64,000 nucleotides of DNA from Rhynchobatus australiae (GCA_034780895.1 JAUZTB010000127.1:57703908-57767907); one strand, 5' to 3'. Counted from the stretch's first letter, positions 26,560 through 40,052 are shown. A program made the numbers and translations. Notes: generated from the letters alone by a model not told the origin.

Positions 26560-26810
26560 TTCTAACTGTGATATTAACTCATTTGGTCTCATCCTTTCAG
26601 AGATATTCTCTTTGTGCTTACCATTATAATCCCCTCTGCTACTGAAAACTAACTTTTTTCGCCCTTTCTTTTCTGGTTCTGACAAAGGGTTGAAGACCTA
26701 AAACTTTAATTGTTCCTCTTTGCAAAGATACTGCCTGACCAGCTGAGTGCTTCCAGCATTTTCTGCTTTTATTTTAGATTTGCAGCATCTGCAAATTTTT
26801 TGATTTCATT
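26560..26810 (+). mobile_element. Old Penelope-like terminal repeat with eroded hammerhead motif
   Basis: ttctgacaaagggttgaagacctaaaac...gatactgcctgaccagctgagtgcttccagcattttctg, homologous to 35140-35237. Confidence 0.65.
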
Positions 26811-29059
26811 TCCCTTCACAGAAGTGCAAACTTTCAAGCACAGAAATTCATTCCCAACGAAGACTGGCTAATTCAGCAGACATGAGGAATAAAGCTTGTA
26901 TGCGAAGATCAATGTACAAAGAGGCGATGATAATTTAGTTACTAAGCAATCCAAGCATTGAACTAAAATTCAGTGTCATTTCTTTGAGCTTGAATTCTTA
27001 CATATTTCCTATTGAAGTTGTCAACATTTGTCTATGGTAAATGGAGATGTGAGAGGTCAAATGGCTTAAGTTGCTGCTCTTTCAAATGTTCCGTAAATAT
27101 TAGAAATGCCCTTGATAATAATCCAGATTTACAAAATGTTGCCATTTCAAGCACCAATGATGTATATTTTGGGGGAAAATACAAGTACACCAACATGAGA
27201 TGCAAACATCAATACTGTAGTTCCTGGATACCATGTTTTTGCTGCTGACTCTCATGTGATGACGAATAAATTTAAAATCTGTATTACAGTTATCAGACTG
27301 TGCATCACCAAGAACTACATATGAATATTCATTAACTTATTCTGAAATATTTAATTCATACTGCTTTCATTCTTTCAACTTAACTTTGAGGAATTGACCT
27401 GGCAAATTTACATCATTTTATTTCTGTAAGGAAAAACTTATTGCATTTCATGTAACGTCCTTCCAAAGTTGGGTATGTAAAGCATCTGCAATCTCCACCA
27501 ATGCTCCCACAGCAAGTTTCCCCAAGGCAGCAAACAAAATTCTTGAACATTTAATCAACTTGGTNNNNNNNNNNNNNNNNNNNNNNNNNNNNNNNNNNNN
27601 NNNNNNNNNNNNNNNNNNNNNNNNNNNNNNNNNNNNNNNNNNNNNNNNNNNNNNNNNNNNNNNNNNNNNNNNNNNNNNNNNNNNNNNNNNNNNNNNNNNN
27701 NNNNNNNNNNNNNNNNNNNNNNNNNNNNNNNNNNNNNNNNNNNNNNNNNNNNNNNNNNNNNNNNNNNNNNNNNNNNNNNNNNNNNNNNNNNNNNNNNNNN
27801 NNNNNNNNNNNNNNNNNNNNTATCACATAATGAATATTACTTGAAAAATTCAAGTTTAGTGAAAAATAAACTACTTAATTTAAATAGGTTAGAACTCATT
27901 TTCTGATCAAAAGCTATTACAAGTTCTTCTACAAATAACTGAACACGTTTAAACCTGTAAAATACTCAATAAACATTAATTATTCATATGTCTTTCAATA
28001 ATTTTTCCAAAAACTTTGGGACAGATTAATCACCAGCCACTTAAATTTGATTTAATATTGTAAAGGACCGATTCAAAGTTCATAATTCTTTTCATTACTG
28101 TAACTGATTCGTTCCATACTCTGCACCAAACCTGGGTTCTGAGGAAATCTAACTGGTTTTTAAACGCAAAATCTTAAAAAATAAGTATTTTGACCACAAA
28201 GATTGCAACTCCCAACTCTGTAGCAAATAAATCTAATTTTAATTAATTTTTGTCAGGAGTCACTTGGGCAAAGACAATGTTCAAATTTAAGATAAATCAA
28301 GACCATGTTTAATGCATTTGTAATTCAACATGAAATACAAATCGACATTAACTTGCATTCAAAGTTCAGAAAAAATGCCTTCCAACTTCAGTGGAGAATC
28401 TCAAACATTACTGCAATGCATGCTAGCAATGCATTTTATAATCTTACTGAGGAAACTACATGAATATAACATTTAGTAAAGAGCCATTAATCCAAACCAA
28501 GGTTTCCTCAAGTTTTAATGGCATCAACCAACATGATGCTGTACACTGTACTTCAAGATTTGGCAGTTAAATAGTACAATATTACACTTGCAATTATTTT
28601 AAAAAGGAACCATTATTCTTCCCAAAGCTTCCTCTGGTAATATTCAGGCTTAAATTGCTGTTATTTATCCTTAACCATTCTTCAACTCGAAGATACAAAG
28701 AATGAATGCATTGGACTAAATGTTCAAAAGAGCAATCACAATAGCATTACAGTGGGACACAAATTTGTTCCATCAAAGATTCTGCATTTTATCATAATTC
28801 ATTTTTAAAATGTGCTCTGAAAAATGTTACAAACAAGGAATCTCTCCTTGATGAGCCCAGAAAATTCAAAGAAAATGTCTTAAGTTTTTATTGAGCAAGT
28901 TACATTAAATTTAACTTCCCATATAAAAAATTGCAGAAGCAACTGGTAAATATATTACAAAAGAAACAAAATTATCCCATCTAGACTCTGCAGCAAAAAT
29001 TTAATGAACATACTTGCATCCTGAATGAAATTATATTTGCAAAACACAACTGCCTGTTT

Positions 29060-29930
29060 GACATGCCAAGATGCATCACACATGCTTCATTCACTCTACC
29101 TAACCTTGCACCATATCTCTTAATTCTACTTTCAAAAATCTCACAACCTCAGCCTTGAATATACTAAAATGACTGATGATCCTACCTCTTTTCTGCAGAG
29201 AGCCTCTACACAAAATCTCTCCTCACCTCAGTTCCAAAGGAATGACACTTTATTCCGAAAACTAGGCCTCTCAGTTGTAGGTCTTCAATTGGGAAAAAAA
29301 AGTGTCTCAAATATTCACCTTGTTAAGCCCTCCTAGAATCTTCTATGCCTCAATTATATAATCTTTATTTCCTTTAATCGTAATCTACAACCATGTAGAT
29401 TAAACTTGTTGAGTTTATCTTTATGCAATAACCCCTTCATTGCAGAAAGCAATCTGCATTGACACAAAGGCAAGTTTTTTTTAGGAACTGAATCTGAAAC
29501 TGCACAACACTCCTAGAGTTCTCACTCAAGGCCTGCAGCAAGATTTTTTATATGCATCCTTCAACCTCTGTGCAAGGGCTCCATGCTATTTGCCTTCCAA
29601 ACAGCTTGCTGCATTTACTGTATGCTTTGCCTCATGCGACATAAAAATCCCCTCTTAACAACAATTACTTGCTTCAAGGCTTAAAGCTTTATTCATCCTC
29701 CCAGAGCAAATATTTGCCCACATTATCTTCCACATTTCTTTCTGTTTCCATCTTTTTTGCTGACTGTGTCCTCTTTACAGCTAGCTCACTTTTCTAGCTA
29801 ACTGTATTCAAGCTGCAAACTTGAATATGTCATGCTGTCATTTCTCTATCATTAATATGAATTCAGACTAATTCAGAGCCCAGTACAAATGTTTGTGTAA
29901 CAATATGACAGTCTAAAAACCACCCATTTT
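29060..29930 (-). mobile_element. Highly degraded CR1-type LINE
   Basis: Antisense CR1 motifs paralleling 14205-14929. Confidence 0.5.
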
Positions 29931-29989
29931 TCTTGGTGTTGGTAACAAATCTGCTGTTCATGTATTTTGTTTTTCTTATTTCTTAACTT

Positions 29990-30385
29990 TATGAAGGTGT
30001 TGCTGGTAAAAATTAGCTTTTGTCCATCCCTCAGAGCCCTTGTGAAAGTAGTGATGAGTCATCTGCTACACTCCTTCTGATGATAATGCTCCCACAATGT
30101 GGTAGGTAGGGAGTCCTCATACTGAAACCCAGCAACAAACAAGGAATGGTAATATACTTCTAAGTTAGAACATGGAGGGGAAGGTGCAGGAGGTGGTACT
30201 CCCATCTACCTGTTGTACCTGCTGGTAGATGTCACAGATTTGGGAGGTACTGTTGGAGTAGCTGAGGCATGTGACTACAGGGCATATTGTAGATAGCTCA
30301 CGTCACCACAGTGCGCCAGTCGTGGAGGGAATGAATGCTTGGGGTGGTAGTTGGGGCGCCAATCAAGAAAGCCACCTTTCCCTTT
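29990..30385 (-). mobile_element. CR1/L2-group LINE 3' end (same family as 20020-21190)
   Basis: Colinear similarity with 20030-20400. Confidence 0.65.
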
Positions 30386-30392
30386 AAATAAC

Positions 30393-30952
30393 TATCATAA
30401 GTAGGTGGTTAGACTTTCCTTTTACTGGAGATGGCCACTTGTATTGTGGAGGGTAGTGGCTGTCATGTGACAACACTTCCCCTCCCTGGTTGAATGACAG
30501 CACTGCCCCTACCTGATCAGAAGACCCCACCCATCAGTGCACACCTGAACCATTGGTCCCTTTAAGCACCTTTGTACTTGGCCTCAGGCCATTGGCCTGT
30601 TTGAACCACCTGGGCTGGATCACCCAGCCCTCCAGCACTATAAAGAGTGCCACATGTGTTTGGTTCTCTCTCGTTTTGGCTCCGAGGGATGCCTTGTTGG
30701 TAAGCTGTGCACTGTTTAAGAGAAATAAGTTAGGATTCCCGGTAGCGTAGAGCTGTACCTNNNNNNNNNNNNNNNNNNNNNNNNNNNNNNNNNNNNNNNN
30801 NNNNNNNNNNNNNNNNNNNNNNNNNNNNNNNNNNNNNNNNNNNNNNNNNNNNNNNNNNNNGTTTACCTTTAAGTAAATCATTTAACTCTAAGGCTGCGTT
30901 CAGAGTCCTTTACTTTCAAGACCCTTCGAATCTGTTCTCTTCACTCGTAACA
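30393..30952 (+). mobile_element. Probable solo LTR
   Basis: GC-richer block with TATAAAG (30639) and AGTAAA (about 30872), ending ACTCGTAACA followed by CTAT. CTAT also occurs at 30392-30395, but the 5' TG end is degenerate. Confidence 0.55.
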
Positions 30953-32648
30953 CTATTGCCTCACATTTTTGTTACTCGTCCTTTTTCAGCCTACACCTGA
31001 ACATTGTCTAATCTTGCTATATGCAGGAACTGATTATTTGAGGAATTGCAAATGAAATTAAACCTTGCACGATCAGAGATCTCCACTTTTTACCATATTG
31101 ATGAAGGACAGGCATCAATGAAGCAGCTGAAGATGGCTGGACCAATGATACTGCCCCCGAGGAACTCAGCAGAACAGTCACGAGGAAGAATCAAGAACTG
31201 TAGCTGCATAAAGTATATGCACAAGCATCTGTTACACCATGCTATGTTTCTTAATTCTAATCCACATTTATTTCCACAACTCTCACATCTTCTCCAATGT
31301 CTGCCTGATTACAGGCAGATCATACTTTCACATGATGAATGGTAAGATATGGGTTGACACAGAAGAATGGGTGAAAGGGACTGTCTTCGACAATGGAAAG
31401 AATGGTCACATGCAAGGAGCATCAAACACAACCGTCAAATGACTCTATGTGCAGCATCACTAATGGCTTAGAATTGCCATCCAAATTAAAATGTTTGATA
31501 TCCAGCTTTAACCACTCATTGACCCAGTGGGTTTTGAATGAGGTCATCAGTGTGGCCTGACTGAATATATATTAACTTTACATTCATGAGGGTATCCCAG
31601 GCAGCAGCAAGTGCACAAATTGTACACCGGCTTCCTAACATTAAGCCAGCTCCCATTTCCCTTCTGAAAGCTTTGAAGGGGTGCTGGATTTCCTCCTTCC
31701 TGAAGATCCAAATCATGCTGGTGCAGAAAGTTTAGCAGAAGATAGGGCACCTTAACCACTACAGAAAACATGGCTGATGTATACTAAAGGACCCTTCCAG
31801 GCAGAGCACTGCTGCAGAATCCCTGGGCCAAGTGCGCATGTGCAGACACTGTTCCGAGTTACATACAAAATCGTGTTACGAACAGTCTCAAAAACGGAAG
31901 TCATTCGTAATCTGGGGACTTCCTGTAATAATTACAGGAAAAGTTACTCATTTAAACCAACAAATTAACACCAAAATAATCACAGACTTCGTCACCTCTG
32001 GAGATCTCCTCTCTGCAGCCTCCAACCTCATTGTTCCCCAACCCCACACTGCCCATTTCTACCTCCTATCCAAGATCCACAAACCGAATTGCCCCAGGAG
32101 GCCCATTGTTTCTGCCTGCTCCTGCTCCACTGAATTTGTGTCCTTGTATCTCAATTCCATTTTGTCCCCTGTGGTCCAGTCGCTTCCCACCAACAGCCGT
32201 GGCACATTGCATGCTCTCCACCACTTCAACAACCTGTCCCTGACCGCTTCATTTTCACAATGGACAGTCTTATACACTTCTATCTCCCCCCCCCCCATCA
32301 GGAAGGCCTCAAGACTCTCTGCTTCTTTCTTGACAACAGACGCAACCAGTTTCCCTTCACCACCACTCTTCCATCTGGGTAGAACTGGTACTCACTGCTC
32401 ACTCTTGTGACCCTCATAATTTGCCAATTTATTCCCCACCTCCTTCCCTTTATTCCATGGTCCACTGCCCTCTCCTACTGGATTCCTTCTTCACCTGTTT
32501 GCCTCTTCTACCTATCGCCTCTCAGCTTCTTACATCTCCACCCTATCTTCCATCTTCCCCCTCTCACCTGGAATCACCTATCACCTGCCTGTGTGTGCTC
32601 CTCCCCCTCCTCCAACCTTCTTATTCTGGCTTCTGCCCTCTTCCTTTC

Positions 32649-32686
32649 CAGTCCTGATGAACAGTTTTGACCCAAAACATCAACTG
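32649..32686 (+). ncRNA. Minimal type I hammerhead ribozyme motif (degenerate)
   Basis: cagtc-CTGATGA-stem II-AAAAC-ATC-aactg; the GAAA core is mutated to AAAA. Confidence 0.6.
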
Positions 32687-32785
32687 TTTATTTCTCTCCA
32701 TTGCTGCTTCCTGATCTGCTGAGTTCCTTCAGCACTTTTTGTGTTGCTCCAGATTTCAGCATCTGCAGAAGCTTGTGTCTCACCC

Positions 32786-32823
32786 GTGTCCAAATGAAGG
32801 GTCTCGACTCGAAACGTCAACTG
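32786..32823 (+). ncRNA. Minimal type I hammerhead ribozyme motif (degenerate)
   Basis: gtc-CAAATGA-agggtctcgactc-GAAAC-GTC-aactg; GAAAC and GTC are intact, the CUGA box is mutated. Confidence 0.6.
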
Positions 32824-35139
32824 TTTATTTCCCTCCATAGATACTGCTTGACCTGCTGAGTTCCTCCAGCATTTTGTGCGGTACTCGCCCTTAACAACTT
32901 CTCTTTCAGCTCCTCCCACTTTCTCCAGACCAAAAGTGTAGCCATGGGCACTCACATGGGCAGCAGTTATTCCTGCCTTTTCATTGGCTATGTGGAACAG
33001 TCCCTGTTCCAAGCCTACACTGGTAATGCTCCCCAACTTTTTCTCCACTACATTGACAACTGCACTGGTGCCACTTCCTGCTCCCATGTGGAGCTCGTCA
33101 ATTTCATCAACCTCGCCAAGAACATCCACCCTGCCCTAAAATTCACTCGGTCCATCTCCGAGACAGATTACCTACCGACATCTTTTACAAACCCACCGAC
33201 TCCCATAGCTACCTTAACTACACCCCTTCTCACCCTGTCACTTGCAAGGATGCTATTCCCTTCTCTCAGTTCCTCCGTCTCCACTACATCTGTTCTCACA
33301 ATGAGGCTTTCCATTCCAGAACATCCAAGATGTCCTTATTTTTTTTCAGAAAATGGGGTTACCCCCACTGCAATCAATTCAGCCCTCACCCATATCTCCT
33401 CCATTTCCAGCATATCTGCCCTCACCCTATTCCCCACCCACACCCCCATCCCTGACATAACAGGGATTGGGTTCTTCTTGTCCTCACCTCACGAGCCTCC
33501 ACATCCAACATGTCATTCTCCACATCTTCTGCCATCTCCAATGGGATCCCACCACCAGGTGAGTCTTCCCCTCCCCGCTTTCCACAGGGATCGCTCGCTC
33601 CATGACTCCCTTGCATGCTCGTCTCTCCCCATCAATCCCCCTCCAGGCACTCATCCCTAAAACCATCCCAAATGTTACACCTGCCCCAACACTTCCTCCC
33701 TCAACAACATTCAGGGCTCTAAACAGTTCTTCCAGGTGAGGCAGTCCTTTACATGTGAATTCACCGGTGTCATTTATTGCATCTGGTGTGGCCTCCTCTG
33801 CAGCAGTGAGACCTGACGCAGATTTAGGGGATCGCTTTGTTGAGAACCTTCACTCTGTCCGCTGTAACAGCTAGGATCTCCTGGTGGCTAGCCAGTTTCA
33901 TTCCAATTCCCATCCCCACACTAACATGTCTGTCCACACTCTCTTCTACTGCCAAATTGAGGCAAGATTCAGATTAGAGGAACAACACTTCATATTCCAT
34001 CTGGGTAGTCTCCAACCTGACAGCATCAATATCGATTTAATTTCCGGCAACCACTCCCCTTATCCGTCTGGTCCCACGACTCCTTCTCTTTTTCCTCCAC
34101 ATTCCTGCCCATCACCCACACCTTCCTCCCTCTGGTNNNNNNNNNNNNNNNNNNNNNNNNNNNNNNNNNNNNNNNNNNNNNNNNNNNNNNNNNNNNNNNN
34201 NNNNNNNNNNNNNNNNNNNNNNNNNNNNNNNNNNNNNNNNNNNNNNNNNNNNNNNNNNNNNNNNNNNNNNNNNNNNNNNNNNNNNNNNNNNNNNNNNNNN
34301 NNNNNNNNNNNNNNNNNNNNNNNNNNNNNNNNNNNNNNNNNNNNNNNNNNNNNNNNNNNNNNNNNNNNNNNNNNNNNNNNNNNNNNNNNNNNNNNNNNNN
34401 NNNNNNNNNNNNNNNNNNNNNNNNNNNNNNNNNNNNNNNNNNNNNNNNNNNNNNNNNNNNNNNNNNNNNNNNNNNNNNNNNNNNNNNNNNNNNNNNNNNN
34501 NNNNNNNNNNNNNNNNNNNNNNNNNNNNNNNNNNNNNNNNNNNNNNNNNNNNNNNNNNNNNNNNNNNNNNNNNNNNNNNNNNNNNNNNNNNNNNNNNNNN
34601 NNNNNNNNNNNNNNNNNNNNNNNNNNNNNNNNNNNNNNNNNNNNNNNNNNNNNNNNNNNNNNNNNNNNNNNNNNNNNNNNNNNNNNNNNNNNNNNNNNNN
34701 NNNNNNNNNNNNNNNNNNNNNNNNNNNNNNNNNNNNNNNNNNNNNNNNNNNNNNNNNNNNNNNNNNNNNNNNNNNNNNNNNNNNNNNNNNNNNNNNNNNN
34801 NNNNNNNNNNNNNNNNNNNNNNNNNNNNNNNNNNNNNNNNNNNNNNNNNNNNNNNNNNNNNNNNNNNNNNNNNNNNNNNNNNNNNNNNNNNNNNNNNNNN
34901 NNNNNNNNNNNNNNNNNNNNNNNNNNNNNNNNNNNNNNNNNNNNNNNNNNNNNNNNNNNNNNNNNNNNNNNNNNNNNNNNNNNNNNNNNNNNNNNNNNNN
35001 NNNNNNNNNNNNNNNNNNNNNNNNNNNNNNNNNNNNNNNNNNNNNNNNNNNNNNNNNNNNNNNNNNNNNNNNNNNNNNNNTTCGTGCTCCTCCCCCCCTC
35101 TCTCCACCCTTTTATTCAGGCTTCTGCCCTCTTGCTTTC

Positions 35140-35177
35140 CAGGCCTGATGAAGGGTCTCGGCCTAAAACATCAACTG
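35140..35177 (+). ncRNA. Minimal type I hammerhead ribozyme motif (degenerate)
   Basis: caggc-CTGATGA-agggtctcggcct-AAAAC-ATC-aactg in the Penelope terminal repeat. Confidence 0.6.
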
Positions 35178-36683
35178 TTCATTTCCCTCCCTAGATGCTG
35201 CCTGGCCTGCTGAGTTCCTCCATCATTTTTTATGTGTAACAACACTGAAGGTTACATTAAGCAAAGGTATGGGGATACGTCATCCAAAAATAGGGTGAAC
35301 TTTATACTAACCATATATTTACATAATAAATAGAATAAAATTACTTCCAATAAGAGAAAGTTCCAACATATTAAGAGTCTCAAAAAAATATTGTCCAATT
35401 TTCAATGTATCAGAAGATGTGCAATACATCTGTGCCTTCTCATATTTTGGCTGAGGAAGTCTGAAGTTACCAGAAATGGGTCAACACTGCAAAATTCAAT
35501 GCTGCTTGGGGTCCAACTTGTCATGATGAATGGAATAGGCCTGCACATTCAATGCGCTTCAGTAAGTTGGCTTGCAAATAGGAAAGTGGGAACAGGAGCT
35601 TGTGGGGCAAAATCTAGGTTTTTATTTTAAAGAAGTCAGTTTTCAAGGTTGAGATACCAATCAGTCTGGTGAGTGGCGAGCTTGAAATGTCATGGTAGGT
35701 GGAGGAAGGATGAGGAAGGGAAGAAAACAAGATCATAAGACAGTGGGCATCCTGCACCCAGAGGACATAGAGGTAAATGCACAAACATTGAGATCAATGT
35801 ACCAAGTCCCAGACTTCAGTTAGCAATGAGGTTATTGCTGAAATTCTATTGCTAAACAAAGAATTTCAAAGCCAATATATTTAAACAAGCCAGTAAAAAT
35901 ATCAATGAAAATCTCAACTGGTCAGAAGTTGTTCAGAGAGAAAATAGTATCTTCAAAGCTGAATAAAGGACATGAATCAGAAATCCAAATCACATTAAAT
36001 ACTTGTTTGCTTTTGAAAATACTTCATGAGGAAAATAAACTGCCCATAAAACAATTGTGTGTTGATTTAAATATATAACCTTTGGGTTTTAAGAATCAGC
36101 TTCAGTAGGAAACTGGAAAGGAGTTGAAATAAAGAAACGTCTAACAGAGTCAAAGATTCATTCAGGGAAGGGCAGATCCGAAACCACCTGTATTTGATCT
36201 ATGTGATACTGGTGAGATATTTTGGGACTGCCAAGAACTAAAGAGCTTTACGTAAGCTGGGTAGAAAATAAGATTATGATTAGTCCAAAATTACCACTAA
36301 GACATTTCCATTAATGCCTTGATCATTTAAAATCTTTTAAGAAATCAAGAAACAATTGACTAATGGAACAATGAGCTACCCAACAGAGTGACACAAGAAT
36401 CGAAAACTATTTTCACTGAAATGTCCAATTTTTGTACAAAACCATAACTTTCAAGCTCCACAGCCTGAAATTGCAAATCCTTTGCACTAAATTCGCACAT
36501 TCAGATAACACATTCCTCAAAATTCTACTACTTATATTGTTGTCCAATCTTACTGTTAGCTTGTCATTTATTAAGTTGCATGTCCAAAATTTTTCATGAA
36601 AAATCCATAATTATCAAATAATTCACACGATAATTTAAAAAACATTTATATAAAATTATATTTTACATTACAAAAACAGAATA

Positions 36684-37230
36684 GTGGCCCACTATAGAAA
36701 GCATCTTATCCAGATGCATCACAGCCTGGTACAGCAACTGCCTTGCCCAAGAACACAAGAAATTGCAGCAAGTTATGAATGCAGCCCAGTCCATCATGAA
36801 AACCAACCTCCTATCTGTTCACCATTTTCACTGCCTCAGGAAAGCACCCAACATAATCGAGGATCCCTCCCACCCCAGTGATTTTCTCTCCTCCCCCTCC
36901 CATCAGGCAAAAGATACAAAAACTTGAGAATACGCACCACCAGGCTCAAGGACAGCTTCTACCCCACTTTTATAAGACACTTAAATGGACCTCTTTTACA
37001 ATAAAGATGAACTCGATCACTCAAGCAACCTTGTCAGAGCCCTTGCACTTTGTTTGTCTTCCTGCGCTGCACTTTCTCTACAACTGTAACACTATATTGT
37101 GCATTTTTTTTTCCTTTTTGTACCATCTCAATGTACTTTTGTGCAGAATGATCTGTCTGGATGTCATGTAAACAGAAGTCTCGCACTGTATCGTGGTACA
37201 CTTGACAATAATAAAACAATTACCATCCAT
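36684..37230 (+). mobile_element. Rex1/Babar-type LINE 3' fragment
   Basis: IESILSRCITAWYSNC...KKLQQVMNAAQSI, similar to 4430-4530, with an AATAAA tail. Confidence 0.75.
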
Positions 37231-37364
37231 AACAGACATATTACAGGTAGCATTACATCACAAAAGAAAAAGCAAGAGGTTTAGGAAATTTCAGAATTCA
37301 GCAACACAGCACCAAGCAATTAATAAGGAAAGCAAAAGAAGAATTCAAGAAAGACTCTAAATGC

Positions 37365-38390
37365 TTCCATCATCCTCTGGCCCAACTTGTCCAGATTGAC
37401 TGAGATGCCAATCTACGCTAATCCTATTTTCCTGCACTTGGCCCATATTTTTCTATTCACTTCCCATCCACATACCTGTCCAAATGCCTTTTAAACACTG
37501 ATTGTACCGACCTCTATCAACTCTTCTGGAAGCTTGTTCCATATCCCCACCACCCTCTGGGTGAAAAACTTGCCCGAGATTTTCATTAAATTTCTTCCTT
37601 CTCATCTTAAACCTATGGTCTCCAGCTTTAGCCTCCACCCACATTAGGGAAAAGATGGACTACTTACCCTATGCTCCTTATAATTTTATAAACCTCTATA
37701 AAGGTCACCCATCTGCCTCCTGCGCTCTGGTGAGAACAATCCCAGCCTATCCAATCTCTCGTTGCAACTAAAGTCCTCCATCCAGATGAATCTCTTCTGC
37801 ACACTTTCAATCACATCCTTTCTATAGTGTGGTGACCAGAAATCCACACAATATTCCAAGTGTGGCCTAACCAATGTCTTGTACAGCTGCAACATGATGT
37901 CGCATCTCTTATACTCAGTACCCCTGCCATTAAAAGCAAGCTAAACGCTGCCTTCACTGCCCTATCAACTTGTGTCACCATTTTCAGGAAGCTATGAACA
38001 TGTAACCCAAGGTCCCTCTTCTCAGGTCCCTGCCACTTTCTGCATGGTCAGTATTAATGACCAATAACATATTACCTCACACTTGCCTGGATTAAATTCA
38101 ATCTGCCACTGCTCCACCCAACTTTCCAGCTGATCTGGAAACCATCCTCGTGATATATAACTCCATCAATCTTCGTGTTATCAGTAAATTTACTCATCAG
38201 ACTACAGACATTCTCACTCAAGTCATTTGCATTATTACAAATCACCAAGGTCCCAGCACTGATCCCTGCATTACACCATTGGTTATAGACCTTCAGTGAG
38301 GAAAAACAGTCCTCCACCACTATCCTCTACCTCCCATCACCAAGCCAATTTTGGATCGAATTTACTAAAACACCTCGGATCCCGTGTGCT
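37365..38390 (-). mobile_element. CR1 LINE 3' part (RT to tail)
   Basis: Minus ORFs MSKFTDNTKIDG and MLQLYKTLVRPHLEYCVDFWSPHYRKD. Confidence 0.9.
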
Positions 38391-39491
38391 GTAACTTCAA
38401 AGATGACATAGAAAATAGATTGAGAGTCAGTAGTTGAACAAGACTAGAGTTACCAAAAAAGTGAAAAAGTTAATGCAACTGAAAATTGATAAAACTGCAG
38501 GAAGTCTTGACACGTATTTCACGGTTTTGAAAGAGGTAATTATGGAAATAGTGGATACTTTGTCACCTTCCAAAGTTCCAGATTCTAGAACAGTCCCCAC
38601 AGACTAAGAGGTTTCAAATAAAAAACACACTATTTAATAGAGGAGTGAAAGCAGGAAACNNNNNNNNNNNNNNNNNNNNNNNNNNNNNNNNNNTATACAA
38701 GATCATGATGAATGGAGAGACATTATTCCTGTTAGGGTGCAGTTCAATGATTTCTGAATACAGATTTTAAGTTGTAGACAAATATACAAGGGGAATGTCA
38801 GGAAAAACAATTTTAAGCAGCAGTTATGACCTGTAATTCACTCCCTGCAAGGATGGTAGAACCAGAATCTATGCCTAGAAAAGAGAATTGAACAGGCGCT
38901 TAAGAAAAACTTGCAAGACCAACCTGGACCACTCTGTTAAGAGCTTGATGGACTGATTGATCTCCTTTCAATCCAAACAATGCTGTGAATTTTATGATAA
39001 AAGAGAACACCTGCTCTTGCAGATTGTCACATTACAAATAATGGTATTTTGAACAAACTTTAACAGCAGCATATGCATATCTAGATTAAACTGAAAATGA
39101 CACTGTACTGTGAAATTACATGCCAGCTTATACAAGAAAAAAATAATTTGCCTGTAGGACAGAGATGGTCAATATATTATCTACTTAGCACATGTAGCTA
39201 AATTGGGATGCCAGTTACAGATAATTGTATTTCAGATGGATAAAAAAAAACAAGTCATGAAAATTGTTGTTGAGCATGTAGTCTCAAATTCACATATTAT
39301 ACTGTTTGTTGGTAAAACATTAAACCGGAGGGAAAAGTACCAGTGATTTTGATTTTTGACAGATGTACTTCTAATAAATATCTACTGCCATTCAGTAAAT
39401 AAGTAACTGTGTGTAATATGAAGTAGCAATGTAGTTAATCAGTGAAACAAAGTGCAGACGACTTTTCAAAGGGCATTCTACACTTCAACGA

Positions 39492-39967
39492 CTTTCTTTA
39501 ATTTTCAATCTTTTTACTAAATTTCAAATTAATAAACACAACAATAGTAATTATACACATGATACAAAGAGATTGGGATCACAATAATAACAGTTAACGT
39601 ATACAAAGAGTAAAATATATAATCTGAACCAATCTCTTGATAATTGAACATGAAAAAGATTTTAAAAGAAATTTGATTATATGAAAAAAAAACAAAATTT
39701 TAAAAAATTAACAAAAATATAGCAATGATAAACAAAAGCTGGGCTGTCGTATTTCTTCGGTTAAAAGCATTATTATGTCATTAACTCTGCTCCTCTATAT
39801 TCGAATTGAAAGTTATTGAAAAGGATTCTGAAAAGGTCAACTTACATCATATGAAAATGCTGGATAAATGGGCTCCAAGTTTCTTCAAATTTAACCGAAG
39901 GATCAATAGTACCACTCCTAATTTTTTCTCCTTGTTTTTATAACCACTTGAACAATTTATTTGAGCT
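39492..39967 (-). mobile_element. L1-clade LINE 3' end (ORF2 C-terminus and 3' UTR)
   Basis: Minus translation EKIRSGTIDPSVKFEETWSPFIQHFHMM*, followed by a T-rich UTR and an A-rich tail. Confidence 0.75.
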
Positions 39968-40052
39968 NNNNNNNNNNNNNNNNNNNNNNNNNNNNNNNNN
40001 NNNNNNNNNNNNNNNNNNNNNNNNNNNNNNNNNNNNNNNNNNNNNNNNNNNG

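Larger units (their letters stand above)
32396..32879 (+). mobile_element. Non-coding Penelope-derived insert with two tandem hammerhead motifs, nested in the Penelope RT
   Basis: Flanked by GGTACTCAC (32387-32395) and GGTACTCGC (32880-32888). Removing it rejoins the RT motif ELVL(T/A)LNNF. Confidence 0.75.
31960..35237 (+). mobile_element. Penelope-like retroelement (RT, GIY-YIG endonuclease, terminal repeat), pseudogenised
   Basis: RT motifs FYLLSKIHKPNCPRRPIVS, AMGTHMGSSYSCLFIGYVE, FLHYIDNC (YIDD) and IHPALKFT. GIY-YIG region VIYCIWC...RLEEQHFIFHLGSLQPDSINID. C-rich 3' repeat with a hammerhead core. Confidence 0.9.

Noticed and set aside
33884-35194. Long ORFs in the track (436 aa and others containing X runs)
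   Set aside because: Their length comes from N runs. Only the short GIY-YIG remnant at the start is real.
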